Of a DNA stretch of 64,000 nt, positions 53,623 to 64,000 are shown one piece after another. The stretch comes from Octopus bimaculoides. Its lineage: Eukaryota. The notes under the pieces were generated by a model. It saw only the letters and a program-made list of their open reading frames with translations, ran no database searches and had not been told where the DNA came from. The stretch spans positions 20,313,284 through 20,377,283 of the forward strand of contig NC_068981.1 in the NCBI RefSeq assembly GCF_001194135.2, read 5' to 3'. Numbering within the stretch: the stretch's first letter is position 1; each line of letters begins with the position of its first letter. Both the position numbers and the translations under genes were made by a program.

Positions 53623-54627
53623 NNNNNNNNNNNNNNNNNNNNNNNNNNNNNNNNNNNNNNNNNNNNNNNNNNNNNNNNNNNNNNNNNNNNNNNNNNNNNN
53701 NNNNNNNNNNNNNNNNNNNNNNNNNNNNNNNNNNNNNNNNNNNNNNNNNNNNNNNNNNNNNNNNNNNNNNNNNNNNNNNNNNNNNNNNNNNNNNNNNNNN
53801 NNNNNNNNNNNNNNNNNNNNNNNNNNNNNNNNNNNNNNNNNNNNNNNNNNNNNNNNNNNNNNNNNNNNNNNNNNNNNNNNNNNNNNNNNNNNNNNNNNNN
53901 NNNNNNNNNNNNNNNNNNNNNNNNNNNNNNNNNNNNNNNNNNNNNNNNNNNNNNNNNNNNNNNNNNNNNNNNNNNNNNNNNNNNNNNNGTTGTTCATAGA
54001 CTGTTGTTAACATCTCTACCACCATAGCCTTAACTATTTCTTCTTAGATCTTAGTCTCATAGCTCTACCCCTCTTAATTCTGACAATTATAGCACAAGCA
54101 ACCATATTTTTGATTATCATAATAATTCTAAGTATTACCGTTCTCACTATCACAGTTCTAACAATCATAGTTCTGACTATGATATTACTTTTAATGTTTA
54201 GCACACTAAATACTTTCCATTGTTTTTAGTCCACCAAATACTGTGTTTAGTACTTATTTCACCAAACTCTTTATTTAGTGTGAAGTACACCAAATATTGT
54301 GTTTAGTGTCCAATAAAATAAAATGTCATCTTTAGTATTTGATGTTTAGTACATTAAATACTTTGTTTAATGTTTAGTATCACAAATTGTGATATATAAA
54401 CTAATGTGTAAAATGATAAATGCTGTTTTTTGTATTTAGTATGGTAAATACTTGCTTTAAAATTCAGTACAATAAATACTGTTCAGTATTCAGCATCTTA
54501 TATTTCAGTTTCTAATTGTCCAGTTTCAATTTAGAATCATCTCTTTTTTGAAGCATGGAAACTTCCACCAGTTACTGATACTAATCTATGAAATCAAAAA
54601 CTAAACTACCTTGTTGCTCTTTTATAG

Positions 54628-54756
54628 GTACGTTTTCTGGGCTGACCAAGGAACTAAGCAAATTGAGCGTTCTCAGTTAAATGGTAATCACCGGCGAGTA
54701 TTAATTGATTCAGATTTGCACTGGCCAAATCAATTGGCAATCAGTCCTGCCACCAG
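54628..54756 (+). CDS. Next exon of the LRP-like gene; one YWTD blade
   Basis: Acceptor ttgctcttttatag, donor CAG|gtgagt. 129 nt, phase 2 to 2. GG|G completes Gly with the previous exon. Encodes YVFWADQGTKQIERSQLNGNHRRVLIDSDLHWPNQLAISPAT(R). Absent from the ORF track; translated by hand. Confidence 0.93.
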
Positions 54757-57087
54757 GTGAGTTAAATTGTTTTACAAGTGATGTTTGCTGGCAAAGCATA
54801 CTTTTTTTTTAATACAATTTTCATCCCTTCCTTCCTTCCTCCCTCCCCCCCTTTCTCTCTCTCTCTCTCTCCTCTTCTCTCACTCTCTCTCTCTTTCTTC
54901 ACTTTGTCTATTTTAAATACTTGTGGTACCTGAAAATTAGGGAAATAAGAAGGAGTACTAGCTGAATGTCATTTGCAATTGCTTTGTGCAACTCACTATT
55001 GTAACCAGTTCATTGGACTTTTCTCAACTTCTCTCTGTTCAAACTTGTAAAGCTAAGATTACAATACTTGCAAGGACAAAATTCTGGGTTTATATAAGGC
55101 TAACTCAATAATCTGTAATTCACATATTTCCCTCTTTGATGAAAAGGACATATCACTGAGCATTCTGCTGCAAGAATGAGAATATCAAGCTAGATGCCCA
55201 GTGTGTTAAATATTTATTACCACCAATATTATAATAGTATTTACTGCTGTCAAGTTAAGATGCTGGATTACTAACTTTGAGATCATAATGCAAACCTTGT
55301 TATGGAAATAGTATTTACTCATTACTGATCTGATCTTAAATAGGCATCAATTTCTATTTCTTGGCTTTCTCTCTTTTTCTGTAGTATCTGAAGACTCCAG
55401 TCCAACATAGATCCTATACATCTCTTATTAAGGTACTAACCACTCACATAGCCCTTTCTGTGTTACAAATCTCTAAACCCTTATCCATAGCCTATCTTTG
55501 TTGTTCAAATTACACTCTTTATTCAAACTTACCCTAAAATTTCACTCTCCCTTGGGTATAAGCAATACTCTAGTTCATCTCTCCCTCTCTACTTGCCCAA
55601 ATGCATCTATCATTCTTTGAACTCATTCAACTACCAACAGCTCTTTCACCATATTTCTTCCTGTATTGAGAACATATGCATCACTTTGTTCCCATTTTAT
55701 TACCTTCAATAATGCAAAGATATTATCATTGCACATTTCAATCAGAGTGAGACAGAAAGAAGAGGAAAGTTGAGGGAACAGACTAAGAGAAAATGAAGGA
55801 TAAAGATATCAGGAACTAACATTTTGGTATCTCACACTAACATTCCTACTCTCCAACCAATCCATTACAACTATCAGTCAGTATATCTTTCTTGAATCCT
55901 CCATGACTTATCCCAAGAGGACCTCTGACCACAGATTTTTTTTTTTTGTCATACTTTGTCATAAATGATTTTGGAATTCTGTGCAAAGCTTCATTTTGAA
56001 ATAATGATGATGTACCAAGACAGACAAGCATCAATGCTCATAAAAATATAGACTTCTCTTCAGTGACAAATAAATTGCTAACAAGATCTGTATACCCATC
56101 TCATCTTCCATATCATCTTCGATTTTCATTAGGACTTCTTCACAATCTAAGCAATGTTGTACACTCAACACTCACCACTTTACCTTCACCATTCATTCCT
56201 ATTCATGGCAAAATTAACAGCTTCATTAAATTTAATATTGCCTCCAGCTAGATCAGCATTAAGTTGGATAATGTCTTTTGCAAAGCTCCTCTAACACATT
56301 TAGGTCTGGTAACTTGGTTTATGTAATTCAAAACATTGACCTCCATATCATGAAATGACATTATGTCATCTCATATGGTATCATTTTAATCATAGCCTTA
56401 TATATCATACTATTTTACTGCACACCATATTAAACTGTACCAACCATATCAGGGTTCTATAACCTGTTAATGCTGTATCTTGTATATCATACCAGATCAT
56501 GATGTGCATTGTTATATACATACCATCATCATCATCATTATCGTTTAATGTCTGCCTTCCACGCTAACACTATATACTGTTTTAGAATATTTATCTTACT
56601 GTATATAATATCATATCTTGCTATATACCATACAACTTTACACAACATATCTTGCAATATGCCATTCCACTTCATACAACAGTATACTATTATGTACCAT
56701 TCCCCTTCAAACAATAAGATATCTTACTAATATCCATACTATTTCATACAATGCCACAACTTGCTATGTAACATATTTTTCTGTATATAATTCTAAATCA
56801 TATAATATAATTCTTTTTTGTTTGCCATATCATTATTCTAGAAAATGGTAAAGTTATAATGTATAATATATGATACAATACCATTCCCAATACAAGAACA
56901 TGTGAAAACAGCCCAGGTGTCTACTCTAACACCAGTTTGTGATTAAGGGAACATTTAACTAGAAGAATTATTCATAACAAAATAATACAGATATCTGAAT
57001 AAAGTAATTTTTTTTTAAGTACAAAGCTCTTATTTTCCAATATATCTATATACTCCAACATTTATCAACTTGTATTTCTATCCTCAG

Positions 57088-57371
57088 ACGCCTGTATTGG
57101 GTCGATGGAATGAACCACATGATCATGTCATGTGACATGAATGGGAAGAATATAAAGCTGGAGCGGAACACAACAGAGAAAACTGGCAGCAATGTAATAT
57201 TTGGGCTTGCTTTATCTGGCAATCGAGCCATTATTAGTGTGTGGTTCCAAGCACGTCTTTATTCAACACTGGTTGTAGCAGCTGCTGCTTCTTGGAAAGT
57301 GGAATCAGAAATAATTGGCACAAATGAACTATTCAGTATCATTGTTGTAGATAGTTCTGTTCAAGCAACAG
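57088..57371 (+). CDS. Exon of the LRP-like gene; last blades of the propeller
   Basis: Acceptor ttctatcctcag, donor CAG|gtagag. 284 nt, phase 2 to 1. Encodes RLYWVDGMNHMIMSCDMNGKNIKLERNTTEKTGSNVIFGLALSGNRAIISVWFQARLYSTLVVAAAASWKVESEIIGTNELFSIIVVDSSVQAT, same frame as ORF 57110-57478. Confidence 0.88.
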
Positions 57372-58837
57372 GTAGAGTTGTTTTTCTTTTTGTTTGTTTG
57401 TTTTTGTTCTCTTATTATTCTTTCTTTTGGCTTACGTATACGACAATTCTCACTTGCAATGTCTTCATGATTTTTTAAGCTAGGCCTCATCAGCAATTAA
57501 TGCAGCTTGGAGGGAATAAACCAAAAGGGCATATTACCAGAGATGTGGCTAGAGAAAATTCAAAGATCCCATTTTCAACAATAGGTCTGTTGATAATTCA
57601 GCACATCAGTTACATTAAAAAATCTTTCACCACTTACCTACACTATATTTAAAACATCGCTAAATCCATGGTGCTACTTGATAAGCAAGTTTTATTATAG
57701 GAAGATCATGACAAGTAAGCCTCTACATGGTCACTTGGTCTGCTAAAAATAGCACCAAAATACTCCTCAAATTACACTCTGCTATCTTCAAAAGTGGAGA
57801 GAATATTACACTTAGATGCACTATATCATAAAATAAGATGGGGTGGTAATGGCTAGAATGCCTTTGAGTAGAGATCAACTTTATTAGCTGATCTGGGACT
57901 AAAACAAACATGGCTGAACACTTGACTGAACCATTGTCATCATCATCATCATCATTTAACAACTGTTCTCTATGCTAGCACAAGTTGGATGGTTTTGATA
58001 AGAAGCAAAAATCGTTTGACAAGATTCAAAGATGGTTTGACAAGATTCATGCTCTAAATGTGTTTTGGCATACTTTCTACTGCTAGATACCATTTCTAAC
58101 GCCAACCACTTTACAGAGTGTATTGGGTGCTTTTCCATGGTCCCACCCCTAGTGAGGTCAACTTGCAAGACTAAAGGAATTAAGGAGTCTCCTATAAGTG
58201 GAGGAGTGTCGGAAAGAGGGAGTGTGAGAATGTTATGCAAATTGATGAGAAAGGATGAAGTATAATGAGAGGAGCAAATTTATAGCTGTGAGCAGGAAAA
58301 AATGATAGCCAGCTCTGATAGTATTATATTGGCCTGAAAATCCATCTGTACTGGATTATGTTGTGTGTATACCTGGTTATGGTCTACAAATCACATCCAA
58401 ATGTCTGCACTGTCATGTGTGTTGAAGTGTTCCTGTATCAAGATATATGTTAGTCTTTATGTTTGCCTGTTTCATGCACAATAGCTCTTTATGACAAAAA
58501 CCATGACCATTGGTTTATACCTGTGTAATATACAGCTGTACATGTTTATATATGTATGAGATTAAGAAAGAGTTAGAGAGAAATTCTCACACATATATAC
58601 ATACACACACACACTCATATTATACATTGAAATCTAATCTCTGAGAGTGTGTGTCTGTGTGTGTCTGTGTGTGTCTGTGTGTGTGTATTCTCTAGTGACC
58701 TGCTCATTTAGACATTTGCATGAATTGTTAGAGCAAATGTTTTACAGTTGGATGACCTCCTAACTCTAACATCTCAACTGTAAAGTGGTAATGTGTATCT
58801 ACAAATCTACAAATATGGTGTGATTGTGTGTGTGTAT

Positions 58838-58869
<32 letters not shown>

Positions 58870-59358
58870 TGTATGTGTCTGCATGTTTGTGTATGTATGT
58901 ATATATTTCAGTGTGGCCAGTATGTGAACTGCTGAACTGGTCAGTAACACAGCATGACCAAAATGCTTCTGAAGCAGAAAATTTTGGTCTTGAAAGATCA
59001 CTAACTAAACCATGATAGCTGGTTGCTATGACGACCAGAATTATTTCATCTCAAAGACTTCCAGAAACTTCCAAACCTGCAATGAAGAGATAATTTAAAT
59101 TTTATTTTTTAAAGATTTTTTTTTTTAAAGTATATTTTCTTTCTTCTGTGAAACTAAGTATGATCTCATTTTTTTTTCTCATTTTTGAAATATAGTTCCT
59201 TCATATATTTAACTTTCTTATTCAATGGTCTATGACAGCTCCAAAAATATAAGATTCAGGTTCAACACCAACTTGATTCTCTATACTTGTTTAATTGATT
59301 GATTGTGTGTATGTGTATAGTTTTGTATATTACCCATGTATATTCCTGGTGACATGTT

Positions 59359-59600
59359 GTGTCCTTGAGCAAGACACTTTATTACACATTGCTCCAGACC
59401 ACTCAGCTGGCAACAATGAGTAGTACCTGTATTTCAAAGGGCCAGCCTTGTCACACTATGTGTTACACTGAGTCTCCCTGAGAACTACGTTGGGGGTACA
59501 TGTGTCTGTGGAATGCTCAGTCACTTTCACATTAATTTCATGAGCAAGCTGTTCTGTTGATCGTATTAGCTGGGACCCTCGTTGTCGTAACTGATGGAGT
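59359..59600 (+). mobile_element. Older SINE sharing the family A 3' body
   Basis: The segment tcaaagggccagccttgtcacact...gagaactacg...tgtctgtggaatgctcag matches the family A body. Its 5' part differs (tgtgtccttgagcaagacact). Confidence 0.7.
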
Positions 59601-59679
59601 GCTCCTATATTACCCATGTATATATATATATAATATACTACTCATGTGTGTATATATATATATATATAATATATTACCC

Positions 59680-59720
<41 letters not shown>

Positions 59721-59992
59721 CATGACCCTAGGTCACAAAAGAGGCACTCTAAAAGAGAAATAGAATGGTTCCGGACAGCATGTCTGAAGAGTCATTAATA
59801 TTACCAAGTACAACTGTCAGCACAAAACTGCCAATAACATTCTGACTTGTGTGCCATAACCAGTAATATACAACTCAACAATATAAAATGCGTGTGTGTG
59901 TGCACGCATGTGTTCTTAATGAAATATTTCTTCATTGTATTAATTATTAGAGTAATGTTTCTAATTTCACTTTTTTAAAATTATTTTCATAG

Positions 59993-60130
59993 TTTACCAA
60001 CATCCATGCAGTCAACCAGGAAATGGTGGCTGTTCTCACCTGTGCATGCCAAAAGGAGGTATCAAATATATATGTGTTTGCCCATCGTTTGGAGGTTTGG
60101 CTCTTTCCAAAGACAAAAAGACATGTGAAG
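59993..60130 (+). CDS. EGF-like module exon following the YWTD propeller
   Basis: Acceptor ttattttcatag, donor AAG|gtaaac. 138 nt, phase 1 to 1. Encodes (V)YQHPCSQPGNGGCSHLCMPKGGIKYICVCPSFGGLALSKDKKTCE, with six Cys and the NGGCSHLC..CxCP..L..D.KTC pattern typical of YWTD-associated EGF domains. Confidence 0.93.
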
Positions 60131-60653
60131 GTAAACCATCACCGGTCATAATGTAGTTGATATTGATTTACCTTTTTGCATGTGTGTATGTTAGTGTGTT
60201 GTGTGTTTATACAAACATTTGTGTCAGCCTGTGTTTTTATATGTGTCTGCATATCGTTTGTGTATGACTGTGAATATCCATGTGTTCCTCTGTGTATATT
60301 TGCATAAACTGTCCAACCCATGCCAGCATGGAACATGGATGCTAAATGATGATGATGGTGATGAGGATGATTTCATATATTTCTTTGTGTATATTCTATG
60401 TATATTTGTGTGTGGAGTGTATATTTTCATGAATGTATTTCTGTATATGTATCTGCATGTATGTTTGCATTGATGTCCATGCCTATGGTTTGTGTGTGTG
60501 TATGCGAGTATATTGTTATTGTTGGATCGATTATTCTTGAAACATGTTTCCATTAGCATTTTGAACTTATTTAAAGGTTTTCACAACAGCAATGTTTGAC
60601 AAGTCTTTTCTGTAACTGTAAGGAAGACATCTGTGTGTGTGGGGGGGGGGGGT

Positions 60654-60711
<58 letters not shown>

Positions 60712-60773
60712 GTGTGGATGAAAGCCCACTGGAACTGAAACCTCCACATTGCTCTAGCATTCTGAGTTCAAAT

Positions 60774-60890
60774 TCTTATTTCTTTATTGCCCACAAGGGG
60801 CTAAACAGAGAGGGGGACAGACAAGGTTAGACAAAGGGATTAAATCAATTACATTTCGCCCAGCGTGCTAATATTTCTGCCAGCTCGCTA
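60774..60890 (-). mobile_element. Family C SINE with an internal deletion
   Basis: The head and 3' end of family C are joined directly; about 110 bp of the middle are missing relative to 14357-14587. Confidence 0.75.
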
Positions 60891-61253
60891 CCTTTCTTGT
60901 TTATTACATATGCGTTCAAATTCAAATTCTGAGTTCAAATTCTACCAAGGTCATCTTTATCTTTCATCCATCTAGTGCTGATAAAATGACGTACCAGTCC
61001 AAGGCAGTGGATTGGCAGAGTTATTAGAAAATCAATCAAGCTGTTATGTGGTATCTGTTGCATCCTTTTGCATTCTGAATTCTCAAGTGGTAGACAACCA
61101 GTTTAATGCTGCTATCTAGAACTTGGATGCTTTTAGTGGAACTCACTCGTGCAAACATTTGAGCTAGTCATACCACTAATCTCAGAGGCCTTGAAGAATA
61201 TAGAATTATAGGTGCTGCCTTTCTCTTCCTGATCAAGTCATAGAAATATTACA

Positions 61254-61643
61254 GGCACAGGCATGGCTGTGTGGTAAGAAGTTTACTTCCCAACCACATG
61301 GTTCTGCGTTCAGTTACACTGCATGGCACCTTGAGCAAGTATCTTCTGCTATAGCGTTTGGCTAACCAAATCCTTGTGAGTGAATTTGATAGATAGAACC
61401 TAAAAGAAGCCCATAATGTGCATGTGCGTGTGTGTATTTTTGGTTGTGTTTGTCCCCACCACCACATGACAACTGGTGTTGGTTTGTTTACATCCCTGTA
61501 ACTTAGTGGTTTCACAAAAAGAGACCAAAAGAAGAAGCACCAAGCTTTAAAAAATTAAGTACTGGGATTGATTTTTTCAACTAAAACTTTCAAGGTGGTG
61601 CTCCAGCATGGTCACAGTCTAATGACTGAAACAAGTAAAAGAA
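61254..61643 (+). mobile_element. Older SINE head B + tail F
   Basis: Diverged copy with the same head and ...atgactgaaacaagtaaaaga end. Confidence 0.8.
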
Positions 61644-62599
61644 GAAAAAAATTATATTACATATATCCAGTGAAATCTTACTCCCAGATTAAAGTTTTTA
61701 TATCAGCACATGTTAATTTTGTTACATTCTATTTAATACTATCACATGTGTAGTTTGTGCCTCAAATATGTTATTTTGTTTTGATTTGGTCCTGAAGTCT
61801 CTCTCTCTCTCCCCCATTACACAATCTAAGAGTGGTGACAAACATCCAATTTGTTCAGATCGTTTCCAAGGGTCTTTATGTGTTTACTCACCATCCTTAA
61901 GTCTCATAATTAGATCACACCTATTATTGATTTAACCTCGGACTGAACGATGAAAACATGTTGACAGCAGATTTTAATATTTTCATTTTCTCTCAGTGAT
62001 ACTTTTTATACTTACATGTTTCATTTTGTTTAAATGTAAACAAAAAGGCACCACTCAACTTAGTTGAATGTAACTCAGGATAAGAGCTACATGGACCCAA
62101 ACCCAGAAGAAATCTAAAGAAGGGAGGTATAGAAGTTACAAGATCCTTTAACCAGATATCGGTTAAAAAATTTACTAGCTGATACATTATGTCAAGAAGG
62201 AGGTAGGAATATCTTCCTTCTCTTGTTCTATTTTGAACCTGTGTTCACCAACTTCACCTGCTAGAAATAGCAAAAACAAAATTGGACTTCATACAAAAGA
62301 GATTGCAAAGTATGTTGAAGTATGCATACATAGTTGCATACATAGCGGTCGATACATAGTTGAGTTATTTAGAAGAAAGTTGGTCTTCTTCTGTTGGTTG
62401 TTTTCCTCGAATTCGGTACTAAATGTGTTTATTTTGGGAAGTCCAGTGTGTGGCATTATTCTGTAGTAATGCCCTTGTATAAAATATAAAATGCAATAAA
62501 CAAGAAAGGAAACAAAGTACAATATGTAGAATGGGTTAAAATGTAATTTTTATCTATTTCAAATAAGGGCTCTCACAAAGGATTGAGAGCCACCTAGGG

Positions 62600-63100
62600 A
62601 GGATCAAAGGCCCTAACACTTTCACTTTCACTTCAAGCACTTTCCCTTTTCCAAATGCAACAGCCAGACAGAAACTCAGCATTGGCCCACTCATGCACAT
62701 TAGTTTCACAACTTGCACTCGCCTTTTATCAAATTTTCTTTGAGCTCAGCAAGTCCCTCTCCACTCTCACAGCCCACTGTGAGTGATACTTAGAGAAACT
62801 AATGAGTTTGGTTTTATAGAGAGAGACAAGGGTCATTTCCTCAACCCTTTCAAATTGCATCTACCTCTTTCACCATAATTGCAAGTATAGGGTGGAAACT
62901 GCTTGCCCATCTTTCAAGAACAGCCAAGTAATCAAACAACTCAATTGATGGCCAGATATTTCCTATACATCACCACAGCAGTTTGTTATAATAAGTTTGA
63001 TTGATATAATGACAAACATGCATCTTGGACAGGCCCAACTGATGGTACATCAGCACTTGTAAAGCTTATCCTAATCTAGCAACACCCCAGCCTCTTCCTC
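62600..63100 (-). mobile_element. Possible highly decayed L1/Tx1-like RT fragment
   Basis: Minus-strand translation has weak echoes of RT motifs (GVLLD*DKLY, SIKLI, ISGHQLS, KVLG) with many stops. Confidence 0.3.
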
Positions 63101-64000
63101 CTGCTAACACTGCTAGGCTACAGATGTTTACTACAAGTTTTGCAATATGTTTTTGTCATTCATACTCATTATAATCACTGTTGTTGCTCAACTACACATC
63201 ATGCAATTCCCTCACTAATCATTAACTACCCCACCCCACCCCCACCTCCTCATAACACATTTATTACATACTCAATTTATAGAGTGATATCAGTGTTTTT
63301 AAGGTTTTTACTATTGACAAAGTATTGACTTTCTTTTCTATTAAAATAAGTATCTTATGTATGAGAGTGTGCATGTGTGTAAACACAGGTATGCACATGT
63401 ATATATATATATATGCATACACATATAATACATACATACACATGTATGTGTAGATTCACAACCACACACACACACACACACACACCATATGCATATAAGA
63501 TATTGTTCAGTAAAATAGGAATAACTGAGGAAGCCATTAAAAGCTTAAGCTGAAATTCTAAGTCGTTAAACAGTGTTTTCATCTAATTTTCCCTCTAAGT
63601 CAACTTTTTTAGATTCACTTAAAGAATTTGCACAGTTTGTAGTTAATGTTTCAGTAATCTGTCATCTATGTTTAATGAGGCAAGCTATGGCTCTGTTCCC
63701 TCTACATCTGCAGGTTCTCCTTGCTAGGATATAGTTAATCGTTTTTGCCTAGTAATTATGCTCTTAATATTTAAAATTATATATCCTGAAATCAATATAT
63801 ATATGTATGTGTATATATATATACGTATGTATGTGTGTGTGTTTGTACACATTTGTATACCCGTGCATATGTATATACACTGTACACATATACATATATA
63901 TTTATATACATATTTATGTGTGTGTATATATTTATATATAGCAAGTGCTATATGGACACAGACTGTGTGTCGATAGCCAGCTGAAAAAGATGTTTTCTTG

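Noticed and set aside
58340-58365. HLYWI-like words (catctgtactggatt) resembling a YWTD start
   Set aside because: No Asp of the motif, no splice sites, and the 57371>59993 junction is already in frame.

Overview
AT-rich, repeat-dense animal genomic DNA with six N-gaps. The SINE families and microsatellite style look like Octopus (cephalopod); that is my recognition, not a database result. The window holds four + strand exons of one LDL-receptor-family (YWTD beta-propeller + EGF) gene: 11724-11895, 54628-54756, 57088-57371 and 59993-60130. They splice in frame (phases 1-2-2-1-1) into most of one propeller plus its EGF module. Neither the start nor the end of the gene is confidently seen. A 42.7-kb intron is filled with tRNA-headed SINEs (some with clear target-site duplications), RTE-type LINE remnants, simple repeats, and a Penelope-like GIY-YIG remnant followed by a hammerhead-ribozyme core. 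The most interesting observations are: (1) the hammerhead relic; (2) a near-perfect ~80-bp hairpin and a 160-bp inverted repeat, both candidate dsRNA/ADAR substrates; (3) two diverged antisense paralogous segments of unknown origin; (4) a divergent ligand-binding face on the propeller. I found no complete, clearly novel multi-gene system.
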